Below are positions 22,340 to 31,520 of a DNA stretch of 64,000 nt, one piece after another; position 1 is the stretch's first letter; each line of letters opens with the position of its first letter. A program made the position numbers and the translations under genes. The DNA is from Streptococcus parasanguinis (GTDB lineage: Bacteria > Bacillota > Bacilli > Lactobacillales > Streptococcaceae), in assembly GCA_905188195.1 (NCBI GenBank), contig CAJJKY010000008.1, positions 1,056-65,055 on the forward strand, read 5' to 3'. The notes beneath the pieces are model-generated. The model was given only the letters and a program-made list of their open reading frames with translations. It ran no database searches and was not told the origin of the DNA.

Positions 22340-22687
22340 ATGCAAGATCGATTGCCTTTCAGTGGCTTTGTAGCAAATTTTGATGGGAAGCAGATCCAAA
22401 ACAAAGAAGAACTATTTCGTTTTCTTGAAAAAAATGTCGGACTTCCTGATGCCAATAATTGGTCATCTATTACAGATTGGCTGACAGACTTATCATGGAT
22501 AAAAGCTGAAGAATACAACTTTATTCTTGAAAATTATGATAGCTTCTTAAAAGATGACTTATCATCTAAAGACTTATTTTTAGAAATTTTGGAAGAAGAT
22601 ATTCTTCCTTGGTGGGAATGCGATGTTGAAAAGCATGTTGTTGGCAGTAAGGTCAAGAGTTTTCAAGTTTACATAGTAGAAAATTAA
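22340..22687 (+). CDS. barstar-family immunity protein (orphan)
   Basis: DGKQIQNKEELF...NNWSSITDWLTDLSW barstar pattern; in-frame CTG at 22304 behind SD GAGG may be the original start. Confidence 0.75.
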   Translation: MQDRLPFSGFVANFDGKQIQNKEELFRFLEKNVGLPDANNWSSITDWLTDLSWIKAEEYNFILENYDSFLKDDLSSKDLFLEILEEDILPWWECDVEKHVVGSKVKSFQVYIVEN

Positions 22688-22693
22688 AAATAG

Positions 22694-23509
22694 GACAAAG
22701 TTTTAAGGAGCTACCTTAAGGTAACCACTTATGTTGGATATAATCAGTACTACAATAAACCCTACACAACTTTCTCGGATGGATATAGTAAGGTAAAAGG
22801 GAAGATTCCTGTCTTCAATAGAAATCCAGTAATTCCTGAGGTTAACCTTAAGGTAGATATCAATGGTAAAACTATAACAGAAACCACAAAACCTTATGAT
22901 CGCGAACATATTTTACGAAATATAGAAGAAAGCAGGCTTGCGAGGGAGAATTCAGGGTTTAAAGACTTTTCAACCACGAGGCTTCAGCCGGTAGTCAAGC
23001 CTCAGCCTGCACCTAAGAATTTAGATGTTGAGGGACCAGTAGTAAATAATATTCAATCTAAATATCCCGATTTGCAAACTTATGAATATAATTCATATAC
23101 AAATCCTGGTCCACTAAATGATTTAAGAGGTCAGCCTAATGTTAATTTTTATGGGGGACGGTATGATGTTGAAGTTTTGAAGTCTCCCAAAATATTATAT
23201 CGAGCTGGCGACCAAAGCAATCCGCTAGGGCAATGGTTTACAGAATCAGCCCCACATTCTGAGATAGAAGTTAGAATAAATACGGCAGTAAAACCAATTT
23301 GGACAGATCGTTCAGGAAACTACACTGGCAGTTCTCCTTTAAATACAGTTTACGAAATAAAAATACCAGCTGGCACAACAATATATAGAGGACCTGTTGC
23401 GAGTCAAGGAGGCATCTATCAAGGTGGTTTGGAATATGAACAAATTTTTATTGAAACTCCGTGGAAAATAGAAGGTGTAGAGGTTATTAGCTCAAAACCA
23501 TTAAATTAG
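22694..23509 (+). pseudogene. orphan toxin C-terminal cassette, possibly TNT/Tne2-like NAD(P)+ glycohydrolase
   Basis: Open frame from 22694 with no ATG; 22728-22838 repeats the LXG linker in frame; LYRAG...GQWFT...GPVASQGGIYQGG...QIFI. Confidence 0.65.
22728..22838 (+). repeat. 111-bp direct repeat of the LXG pre-toxin linker (21248-21358)
   Basis: 8 mismatches in 111 bp by manual alignment. Confidence 0.9.
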
Positions 23510-23520
23510 TGAGGAAAGAA

Positions 23521-23826
23521 ATGAAACGAAAAGAATTATTAGATAATATCAAATTAATATTACCACTATTAAATCAGTACAATGATGGGACAATTCATGT
23601 ACAAATTTCATTTTTACAAGGATTAGAATGTGCATTGGAAAATGGTGACTCACTCCCTACAATAAGAGAAATTAAAGATATCCTTTATCCTCCAAGAGGA
23701 GGTCTATCAGACTTTTTTGTTTGGAAGAATGATTATTTGGAACGACTAAAAATTAATGAAGAAATTGAAGCCTACAATAATAGATTATGGGAGCTTTTAA
23801 ATCAAATAGAAAACTTGGAATCATAG
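23521..23826 (+). CDS. putative immunity protein for the orphan toxin cassette
   Basis: Directly follows the cassette; SD GAGGA; YPPRGGLSDF motif. Confidence 0.6.
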   Translation: MKRKELLDNIKLILPLLNQYNDGTIHVQISFLQGLECALENGDSLPTIREIKDILYPPRGGLSDFFVWKNDYLERLKINEEIEAYNNRLWELLNQIENLES

Positions 23827-23829
23827 TAA

Positions 23830-24018
23830 ATGCATCAAATTTTAAAATTAGAAGCATTTCATCAATCTCATACAAGAATTCCAAGCGAAAATGAAGCATC
23901 TGCTTTTGAAGATTTTTGGAAACCAGGAGGACAAACCTTCCCAGGAAATATGCCAGAAGGCATCATGAAAGATATTAGTACCCAAAGAGGAGAACACACA
24001 TGGAACATAGTAAATTAA
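23830..24018 (+). pseudogene. 3' fragment of a further toxin domain
   Basis: RIPSENE...FWKPGGQTFPGNMPEG resembles the RxPSGNE...WxPGG...GxPE toxin-terminus pattern; overlaps the start of the next gene. Confidence 0.5.
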
Positions 24019-24383
24019 CTTGGGAAGACGTTAGTAAGTTTGAAGAAATAAAAGGTTATGGACAACATGTTTGGCGACATCATGAGAAATATTTTTTTGT
24101 TACAGATGAAGGAGGAATAGCTGAACAGAGGGTAGTCTATGAATTCCCATTAGAACTATTTCAATTATTAAAGTCTGGGGAAAAAACACTTAAAGAAATT
24201 CATTTCAAGCTAAAAAAAGACTGTTGGCCACCGAACGTGACACAAGAAGAAGCTAATAAAAATTTCTTTAGGCAATTTCCAGAAGCTTTAAGAGGAAATC
24301 CTAAAGCACAAGGCTTATTCACAAAGTCTGAACTGGAAGAAATATTACCCGAAGGGGCTAAAATTCTAGCGAGCAAAGATTAA
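24000..24383 (+). CDS. putative orphan immunity protein
   Basis: SD GAGGAG; overlaps the toxin fragment. Confidence 0.55.
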   Translation: MEHSKLTWEDVSKFEEIKGYGQHVWRHHEKYFFVTDEGGIAEQRVVYEFPLELFQLLKSGEKTLKEIHFKLKKDCWPPNVTQEEANKNFFRQFPEALRGNPKAQGLFTKSELEEILPEGAKILASKD

Positions 24384-24400
24384 AATAACTCTTTATATCT

Positions 24401-24898
24401 ATGTTGGAATTGAAACAAATGATGAATTTTAGAACAAAAATTTTAGAAGCTATAAAAGTGGGGGAAGTTGAAGATATTTTACGTGGAAAGCAAAAGTATC
24501 GAATTGAACCTCCAACTTTTGTTCCAGACGTTTTTCCTACAGATATAAATCAGATACTGTTTGAATATTTTTATAATCAAAGTGATATCAAAAACATTCA
24601 ATTATTATTAGAGAACTCTTTAATTAAATTGACAAAGAGTTCAGCTACGGATTTGTATATTTCAATATTATTTTTCGATTCAATACTCTTTATGGAAGAT
24701 AAGGGTATTGCCACTTTTAAAATTGATACTTCAAGATTAGTAGCTGAAATAGCATCTGGAATACAAGAATTTCGGAAAGAATTAACGAAAAGTATAACTT
24801 TTAATAATGGATTAACCAAAAAAGACCCTATGAAAGTAATTGTCCGCTTCAATCAGCGTTATAAAAACAAATATAATTTTTCAATTCTTGAGGATTAG
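24401..24898 (+). CDS. hypothetical protein, probable orphan immunity
   Basis: 165-aa AT-rich ORF in the array. Confidence 0.5.
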   Translation: MLELKQMMNFRTKILEAIKVGEVEDILRGKQKYRIEPPTFVPDVFPTDINQILFEYFYNQSDIKNIQLLLENSLIKLTKSSATDLYISILFFDSILFMEDKGIATFKIDTSRLVAEIASGIQEFRKELTKSITFNNGLTKKDPMKVIVRFNQRYKNKYNFSILED

Positions 24899-24914
24899 AA
24901 ATAGGCTAGAACAA

Positions 24915-25200
24915 GTGATAAAAAGACAATATAAATTATTCAAGAGTGTCGACGACAAAATAGCACTCACCGTCCTATATAACAGAGAAAATTATAAAAT
25001 TTTAACAACCATTATGATGACGGAAGTTCATACTTTTATCCGGATGTTCGCGAAGCTTTGGAGAATGTCATTTCTAGGAATATGAAGAATCCGCTTTTGA
25101 TGGTAATTTATTGGGGATCGAAGTTGGAAAAGATATAACTGAAGTATATTATCAAATGGATGATGAAAGTCTTGGAGACCCTTGCTTCATTCCTACAAAT
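24915..25200 (+). pseudogene. frameshifted immunity-like ORF
   Basis: Reads as one protein (MIKRQYKLF...EVHTF/YPDVREALENVISR/YEESAFDGNLLGIEVGKD...CFIPT) if two frameshifts are allowed. Confidence 0.35.
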
Positions 25201-25303
25201 CATGAGAAAGAGGAGTATTTGGACTTAGTTCAAAAGCTAGAGGAATTTGATTACTCTCTTGCCACCTATTTCCGTCAGTTGATTGACTAGAAAGGAGAAA
25301 GTC

Positions 25304-25603
25304 ATGAATGATTTACTCCTTATCCCAGTAATTTTTTTAGCAATAGGAAGAATTCTTATTCTTTTATGGAGACTCTTTCTTATTGCCAGTGGACTTTTCT
25401 TTATTGGTTTTGTCAGTTTTCTTATTTTCGTGGAGGGCTATGGAATTTATCTGTTCTTTACTGAACCGACCCTTTATATGGAAGATTTATCCCAGAATGG
25501 TCTGATCAGTTTTACAGGATTTTATGCGGTATTTAATCTATCCTTACTTTTATGTGGTGTTTTGAAAATCATTAGTTGGACAAGAAGATTAAAAAGTAGC
25601 TGA
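25304..25603 (+). CDS. small membrane protein
   Basis: SD AAAGGAG; hydrophobic; terminator at 25593-25628. Confidence 0.65.
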   Translation: MNDLLLIPVIFLAIGRILILLWRLFLIASGLFFIGFVSFLIFVEGYGIYLFFTEPTLYMEDLSQNGLISFTGFYAVFNLSLLLCGVLKIISWTRRLKSS

Positions 25604-25667
25604 GCAAGAGATTGTTCAGCTACTTTTTAATTGGGCACTATAAAAATTTTTCTCGAAAATAAGAAAC

Positions 25668-25684
25668 TTGCACGATTTACTCAT
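25668..25684 (+). promoter_or_regulatory. box TTGCAC-N4-TACTCAT, copy 1 (precursor promoter)
   Basis: TTGCACGATTTACTCAT, 21 nt before TATACT. Confidence 0.65.
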
Positions 25685-25757
25685 TACTTAGCCAATACTA
25701 GAGTTTATACTAGTTACTGTAAAGATGATCATCTAAAAGAAGGAAGGAGGCAACCTT

Positions 25758-25936
25758 ATGGCTAAAAATACAAGTCGTCCAGAGATTGATTCTCTAAGTT
25801 TCGAGGTTGAAAACCAAGAACTTTCCGGGAAATCAGGAGCTGGTGGTACACAGCTTTTAAAATGACACTAGCAGGTCGCTGTGGATTGTGTTTCACCTGT
25901 TCCTATGAGTGTACGACAAATAATGTTCGTTGTTAG
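25758..25936 (+). pseudogene. class II lanthipeptide precursor 1, 1-bp deletion
   Basis: SD GGAGG; MAKNTSRPEIDSLSFEVENQELSGKSGAG/[W]YTAFKMTLAGRCGLCFTCSYECTTNNVRC*; 179 bp = 3n-1. Confidence 0.85.
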
Positions 25937-26021
25937 ATAAAACAAAAGGAAAATTCTAGTATTTTATTACAAAACTTTGACTGCACTTTGATTTAGTGTT
26001 ATATTGACGGGAGAAATACAA

Positions 26022-26199
26022 ATAAAACAAGATAACTTTGAGATTGATTCTTTGGATTATGGAAATTAATATCCAAGAATTGGATGGAAAATCTGCTGCT
26101 GGGTGGCGTACGGCTGTTAGATTAACAGCACAGGGGCGATGTGGTTGGTGATTTACATATTCATATGAATGTATTTCGCCAAACGTGCGCTGTGGATAA
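26022..26199 (+). pseudogene. class II lanthipeptide precursor 2 (ATA for ATG, +1 insertion, internal TGA)
   Basis: [M]KQDNFEIDSLDY/EINIQELDGKSAAGWRTAVRLTAQGRCGW*FTYSYECISPNVRCG*; TGA at 26149-26151; 178 bp = 3n+1. Confidence 0.8.
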
Positions 26200-26228
26200 A
26201 ACTCTCTATTTTTTGACAGGAGGATAAA

Positions 26229-26336
26229 ATGGAAGGAATTATTGGGACACTAGAATTCTATGCACCTGTACTGGTCTTAGGAGTTGTTGTCATAGGGATT
26301 GTTTACTTTATGAAAAAAAGAAACGATCGCAAATAA
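26229..26336 (+). CDS. 35-aa single-TM micropeptide
   Basis: SD AGGAGG; MEGIIGTLEFYAPVLVLGVVVIGIVYFMKKRNDRK; terminator at about 26346-26375. Confidence 0.6.
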   Translation: MEGIIGTLEFYAPVLVLGVVVIGIVYFMKKRNDRK

Positions 26337-26389
26337 TCAACATCGACCGATACCTGAAAAAGGCATCGGTTTTTTATAACTTGAATATA

Positions 26390-26406
26390 TTGCACAAAAT
26401 ACTCAT
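26390..26406 (+). promoter_or_regulatory. box copy 2 (ABC transporter promoter)
   Basis: TTGCACAAAATACTCAT, 21 nt before TATAAT. Confidence 0.65.
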
Positions 26407-26463
26407 GGAAAACCTTGAAAGAAACCGTATAATGAGAGAGTAATAAAGAAACGGAGGAATGAA

Positions 26464-27201
26464 ATGATGAAACAGCTTATTGTGACAGGATTAACGAAAA
26501 CATTTGGTCAAGGGGATAATATCGTTCATGCTTTATTAGATGTGAACTTGTCCGTTGAAAAAGGTGAATTTCTGGCAATTATGGGTGCCAGTGGTAGTGG
26601 AAAAACAACACTCCTCAACTGTATTTCAACGATTGATAAACCAACATCAGGTGAGATTCGATTTGAAGATTTTGACATCATCCATGCCAAGGAAAATGAA
26701 CTAGCTGACTATCGTGCTAAAAACATTTCCTATATTTTCCAAGCCTACAACTTGGTGGAAACCTTGACGGTCTATGAAAATATCATTCTACCTCTTCAAA
26801 TTCAGGGGAAAAATATCAAAAAAAATCAGGATAAGATTGAGGAAATTTTGGATAAGTTGGCCATTCAAAACTTAAAAGATAAGTTTCCTAATCAGTTATC
26901 AGGTGGCCAGCGACAACGTGTGGCAACTGCTAGAGCCTTGATTGATGATTCTAAACTGATTATCGCAGATGAGCCGACAGGAGCCTTGGACTCTGCCAAT
27001 TCTGAAAAACTGATGGCACTTTTGCAGGAAATCAATAAAAGTTTTGGTATTACCATTTTACTGGTTACGCATGACCCTGCCGCAGCCAAGTACTCTTCAC
27101 GGATGGTGCTACTTAGCGATGGAAAGATTATGGATGATTTGGAACGTAACAGCTTATCTAATGAACAGTATTTGCAAGAGATTTACAGTCGTACCAGATA
27201 G
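26464..27201 (+). CDS. ABC transporter ATPase, BceA/LolD-like
   Basis: [26 protein letters not shown]. Confidence 0.9.
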   Translation: MMKQLIVTGLTKTFGQGDNIVHALLDVNLSVEKGEFLAIMGASGSGKTTLLNCISTIDKPTSGEIRFEDFDIIHAKENELADYRAKNISYIFQAYNLVETLTVYENIILPLQIQGKNIKKNQDKIEEILDKLAIQNLKDKFPNQLSGGQRQRVATARALIDDSKLIIADEPTGALDSANSEKLMALLQEINKSFGITILLVTHDPAAAKYSSRMVLLSDGKIMDDLERNSLSNEQYLQEIYSRTR

Positions 27202-27213
27202 GAGGAAGAGAGT

Positions 27214-29229
27214 ATGTATCCAAAATTAATTTTACGAAATGTATTTCGAAATTTACAGACTTACACCATCTACTTTTTCAGTCTAACCTTGATTTATAGC
27301 TTGCTCTATGCTTTTAATGCTTTACCAAGCCATCCAGTGATGCAAAGTTTATCAGGGGCAAAGGAAATGTTGACGACGGTGATGAGTCAGTACATGGGCT
27401 TGCTTTCCTATCTGATTCTATCGGCGATTGCCTTTCTCGTCGTTTATTCCACAAACTTCGTCCTGGGACGGCGCAAGAAAGAGCTGGGACTTTATGCAAC
27501 GCTGGGAATGAAGAAGAAGCAGATTATCCGTACCCTGTTCTTTGAAACCATGCTGGTCAATATCTTTTCCTTGATTCTAGGTTTCTTGCTTGGAGTGTTC
27601 TTACTGGTCATTCTAGCTAAGATTGCATCTGAGTTTTTTATGGCCAATTACTTTGGTAGTCTGCTTTTCTTTGATAGTAAGTCTGTCATCTTACTAGTTT
27701 ATTCCTATTTGGTAACCAGTTTTATTGTTGGTGTCATGGACATTCTTACCTTTAGAAAGCAAAATATCATTGCACTCATTCAAGAAAATGGGGTCAAGAA
27801 ATCTGTCTTGGCAAAAGGCAAGCCAGTTCTTCAAGCACTTCTCTTTATTCTTTCGACAGCTGTTATCGGTTTTGGTGCTCTCTATTTTTCAGACTATCAC
27901 CATCTATCATTCTTGAAAAGTTGGGGTATCTTGCTGGTATCTGTCTTCGTGATTTTTGTGATTTTATTTTACAATACCTTGAGCCATTTTATCTTGGTTT
28001 CCCTTAGAAAACTGCCTCAAACCTACTATAACAAATTAAACACTTTTAAAATCCGTCAATTTTCAAAACAAGCTGATAGTAATTCGGTCACGTTGGCTGT
28101 CTTATCCTTGACCTTGACACTGGCTCTCAGCTTACTAGTTTTTAGTGGTAGTGCCTATACGACTATGAACCGAGAGCTGAACAAATACTCACCTTATGAT
28201 GTAACTGTCAATCTCTATCGTGGTCAGGAGTTCCAGTTTTCTCAGGAATCTGTCAAAGACAGATTAAAAGCAGATGGATTTGACTTTAACCTCATCAAAG
28301 AGGAGTACAGCTATCCTATCTATTCTAGTGATTTAATCTATAAAGATTTGATTGATACTAGCAATCTCTGGGCGCATGATAAGGAACTTCCTGAATCAAA
28401 AGTACCGATTTTAGGAATTTCTGCCTACAATCATCTCCGCAAACTGCAAGGTGAAAGAGAGGTTGACTTGGCAGATAACCAATTTCTGGTCAATGCTAAC
28501 TATAAAGGAACTGCCAAGCAGATTCAGGACTTTCTATTAACGACAAAAACCCTCATGATTAACGGTTATTCTCTTAATCTTGCGTCTTCAAAGCCACTTG
28601 AAACAGTTTACTTTTTATCGTCAGTGGGTACAAATGACACAGGAACCTTAATTGTACCAGATAGGGTAGTAGTTGGATTGACGGAAGACCACACGACCTA
28701 TGTTGCCAATTTCAAAGAAAATATCGACAAACGGAAAGTAGAAACATTCTTAAGTCAGTGGATAGAAAAATACTACTTCACTCGTGATGGAGCAGAGTTG
28801 AATCCATTCACCTATCAAACCAAAGGAAGAATTTTTGAGATTTATCTTGGATTTATGGGCGTCATTGTCTTTGTCATGATTTTTGTCAGTGTTATTTTTA
28901 TCATTATTTCCCTCAGTATCTTGTCCCTTCAAACTTCTACAAGTGCTTTGGATAGTGTCAATGATTATCAAATCTTATATCTTCTTGGGAATAAGAGGAA
29001 GCAAAATCGCTCTATTCTTTTGCAACAGATTCTAAGTTATTTCTTGGTTCCGCTGGTCATCGCAGGTCCGCTAGCATTTGCCTTGAGTACCGCTCTTTTG
29101 GGCTATTTTGAGAATTTCGCTAATACCAGCATTTCTATTGATATCACCTATCTGGGAGTAGCGGTTTTACTCTTTGTCCTTTACTTGCTAGTGACTTACA
29201 GAGTAAGTTGGCAAATTATTGAAAATTAA
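27214..29229 (+). CDS. BceB-type (FtsX-like) permease, peptide-antibiotic resistance
   Basis: RRKKELGLYATLGM motif; multiple TM helices with a large extracellular loop. Confidence 0.85.
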   Translation: MYPKLILRNVFRNLQTYTIYFFSLTLIYSLLYAFNALPSHPVMQSLSGAKEMLTTVMSQYMGLLSYLILSAIAFLVVYSTNFVLGRRKKELGLYATLGMKKKQIIRTLFFETMLVNIFSLILGFLLGVFLLVILAKIASEFFMANYFGSLLFFDSKSVILLVYSYLVTSFIVGVMDILTFRKQNIIALIQENGVKKSVLAKGKPVLQALLFILSTAVIGFGALYFSDYHHLSFLKSWGILLVSVFVIFVILFYNTLSHFILVSLRKLPQTYYNKLNTFKIRQFSKQADSNSVTLAVLSLTLTLALSLLVFSGSAYTTMNRELNKYSPYDVTVNLYRGQEFQFSQESVKDRLKADGFDFNLIKEEYSYPIYSSDLIYKDLIDTSNLWAHDKELPESKVPILGISAYNHLRKLQGEREVDLADNQFLVNANYKGTAKQIQDFLLTTKTLMINGYSLNLASSKPLETVYFLSSVGTNDTGTLIVPDRVVVGLTEDHTTYVANFKENIDKRKVETFLSQWIEKYYFTRDGAELNPFTYQTKGRIFEIYLGFMGVIVFVMIFVSVIFIIISLSILSLQTSTSALDSVNDYQILYLLGNKRKQNRSILLQQILSYFLVPLVIAGPLAFALSTALLGYFENFANTSISIDITYLGVAVLLFVLYLLVTYRVSWQIIEN

Positions 29230-29309
29230 CTCAAATACCAGAGTTGCCTATCCTGCAATTCTGGTATTGTGTTATAATAATATTAAAGTAGTTCAGGAAG
29301 TAGATACAT

Positions 29310-30884
29310 ATGAAACAGTTTGTCAAATTGTTCTCGAAAAACTCACTTTTATTGTGGTGGTTGACGATTTTGAATCATCTAGCTTTAATGATTTATATTT
29401 ATCATAGGATCCCTCTGGACTTTTCGACAGATTTTTCCTTGCAGATGGTTTTATTGCTGATTATTGCTTTAATTGTATTTAGCTATATTTGTAATATTGT
29501 GACCTTTCGGTATAGTGAGTTGAAACTTTGGTTGCTCCTGATGATGTTTCTCATTAGCTGGCAATCCATATTTAATCAAGGAGTTGCGAGCACCCTGTTG
29601 CACTTTTTTGATATTCTTCATCCGCTCAACTCTTTTATATTGGTGTATAGTTCTCTGTCTATTATCTTTCTGGGAGAGAAAATAGGAGAAGAACTGTTGA
29701 GTGTGTCCTTTGTGTTGACACTAATCACTATTAGTTCATATCTGTTAAGTCCTTCAATTTTTCTATTTCTGTCCTTGTTTGCGTCTTTCTTTTTAAACCT
29801 TGTTCCCTTGATTTTACTGATTTTATATCATAAAGAGTTGAAAAGTAAACTCAAGTATCAGAGACGAAATTTGTGGATATTAGCTTTGATATTGCCTCTT
29901 TCTTATTTCTTTTTGTATATCAATACGAAGGGCTCAGGGGTGATGAACCTAGTCTGGTATCTGGAAATTGTTGGCATTTTAGCTTTTTTACACTTCAAAA
30001 CAATTATCAGCTCTCTTCAAAAAAAGGTATCAGAGTTAAAATTGTCCTATATAAAAGCTTTTTCACGCTTGTTTTTACTGGTTATGTTTTTGTTAGTAGG
30101 CATTTTCATCATCTTTCGTCTAGATTTAAACACGAGCTTTTTGGTCTTGAATATCATGTTACTATTGTTCGGGATTTGTTCGGAAGAATTAATTCGCCTC
30201 TTTCGTTCTGCTGAAATGCTAGATTCTAGGGATTATGTAAAAGTTCTCTTTTTAAAGCGTAACCGTATGGTGAAAAATCTGCTGGCAAATGAAGATACAG
30301 AACAACAGTTCTCCGAATTTCTTCACAATGAAATCCTGCAAAATGTTATGGCAATAAAAAATTTCAATAAATATAGTAGTAATCAAGTTTTTGGTGAACA
30401 GATCAATCTGGTAACAGAGGAGTTGGTTCAGCGGATTCGTGAGCGGATGGATTATTATCAGCCAATGGTAGAAACAGACGAGCAGTTAGACATCCAGTAT
30501 CAAGGGCTGATTAATCGGATTGTCAAACGCTATCACGCAGAAAATGAAGTAGTCACACAGTTTCCTGCCCACTTTAGGCTTTTATCTCCTTACGATAAAA
30601 TTGCCTATCGTCTGGTTGAGGAGTTGGCGACCAATGCCGTTAAGTATGCTAGTGGTGGAAGGATTTCTTTGAAGATTAATGTGCATGATGACGCTATTTT
30701 TATCATTTCTGAAAATGACTGCCTTCAAACAGAAAAATCCTTAGGTTATGGCTTGAAAAATATGTCTAATAAAATTAGTGTTTTAGGTGGTCAAATGCAG
30801 ATCTTTGAAAATAATAAGAGATTTCGTGTAGAAATTACTCTCCCGATTGATAAGGAGTTGTGTTATGAAAATTTTGTTAATTGA
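29310..30884 (+). CDS. polytopic sensor histidine kinase (HisKA_3 type)
   Basis: Many N-terminal TM segments; FLHNEILQ, EELATNAVKYA, GYGL. Confidence 0.85.
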   Translation: MKQFVKLFSKNSLLLWWLTILNHLALMIYIYHRIPLDFSTDFSLQMVLLLIIALIVFSYICNIVTFRYSELKLWLLLMMFLISWQSIFNQGVASTLLHFFDILHPLNSFILVYSSLSIIFLGEKIGEELLSVSFVLTLITISSYLLSPSIFLFLSLFASFFLNLVPLILLILYHKELKSKLKYQRRNLWILALILPLSYFFLYINTKGSGVMNLVWYLEIVGILAFLHFKTIISSLQKKVSELKLSYIKAFSRLFLLVMFLLVGIFIIFRLDLNTSFLVLNIMLLLFGICSEELIRLFRSAEMLDSRDYVKVLFLKRNRMVKNLLANEDTEQQFSEFLHNEILQNVMAIKNFNKYSSNQVFGEQINLVTEELVQRIRERMDYYQPMVETDEQLDIQYQGLINRIVKRYHAENEVVTQFPAHFRLLSPYDKIAYRLVEELATNAVKYASGGRISLKINVHDDAIFIISENDCLQTEKSLGYGLKNMSNKISVLGGQMQIFENNKRFRVEITLPIDKELCYENFVN

Positions 30885-31461
30885 TGATCATAAATTATTT
30901 AGCCAAAGTATCAAGATGATTTTAGAGTTATCGGAAAACATTAAAAAGGTCCAGTTAGTAGATAATTTTTCGACTATTTCGGAGATTGCTTTTAATGACT
31001 ACGACATTATTTTGATTGATATCAACCTGACGAGTCTGTATCAAGATGATGGGCTGACCTTGGCACAAGAGATTATCGACAATGGTTGTTCTAGTAAGGT
31101 TGTGATTTTGACAGGTTACAGTAAAAAAATGTATGAACACCGAGCTAAAGTTATGGGGGCTTATGGTTTTCTGGACAAAAGTATGGACCCAGATGAGTTG
31201 GTGAAAAAACTGGAAAAAATTTATCTAGGTGGTAAGGTCTTTTCAGATGAAGTGATGGTAGAGGTGTTAACACCACGAGAAATCGAGATACTAGAACTGG
31301 TTAGAAATGGCTTGACCATTGATGATGTCTGTGACAAGGTCTATGTGAGTAAACGTACAGTTTCCAATCACTTGGCCAATATCTTTTCAAAATTGGGAGT
31401 GACTAACAGGCAGGAGGCGATTCACATTGCTGAGCAGTTGGGCTATTTTCCACCAGATTAA
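30865..31461 (+). CDS. NarL/LuxR-family response regulator
   Basis: LLIDDH receiver; LTPREIEIL...SKRTVSNHLANIFSKLGV. Confidence 0.92.
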   Translation: MKILLIDDHKLFSQSIKMILELSENIKKVQLVDNFSTISEIAFNDYDIILIDINLTSLYQDDGLTLAQEIIDNGCSSKVVILTGYSKKMYEHRAKVMGAYGFLDKSMDPDELVKKLEKIYLGGKVFSDEVMVEVLTPREIEILELVRNGLTIDDVCDKVYVSKRTVSNHLANIFSKLGVTNRQEAIHIAEQLGYFPPD

Positions 31462-31503
31462 AAAGTTGCAGAAGATGCAGCTTTTTTAATTTATTTACAA
31501 AAA

Positions 31504-31520
31504 TTGCACATATTACTCAT
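31504..31520 (+). promoter_or_regulatory. box copy 3
   Basis: TTGCACATATTACTCAT, 21 nt before TAATCT; precedes SD GGAGG and ATG 31573. Confidence 0.6.

Noticed and set aside
23072..23509. Stand-alone 145-aa gene starting at TTG
   Set aside because: The frame is open from 22694 and includes the LXG linker repeat, so it is better read as an orphan toxin cassette
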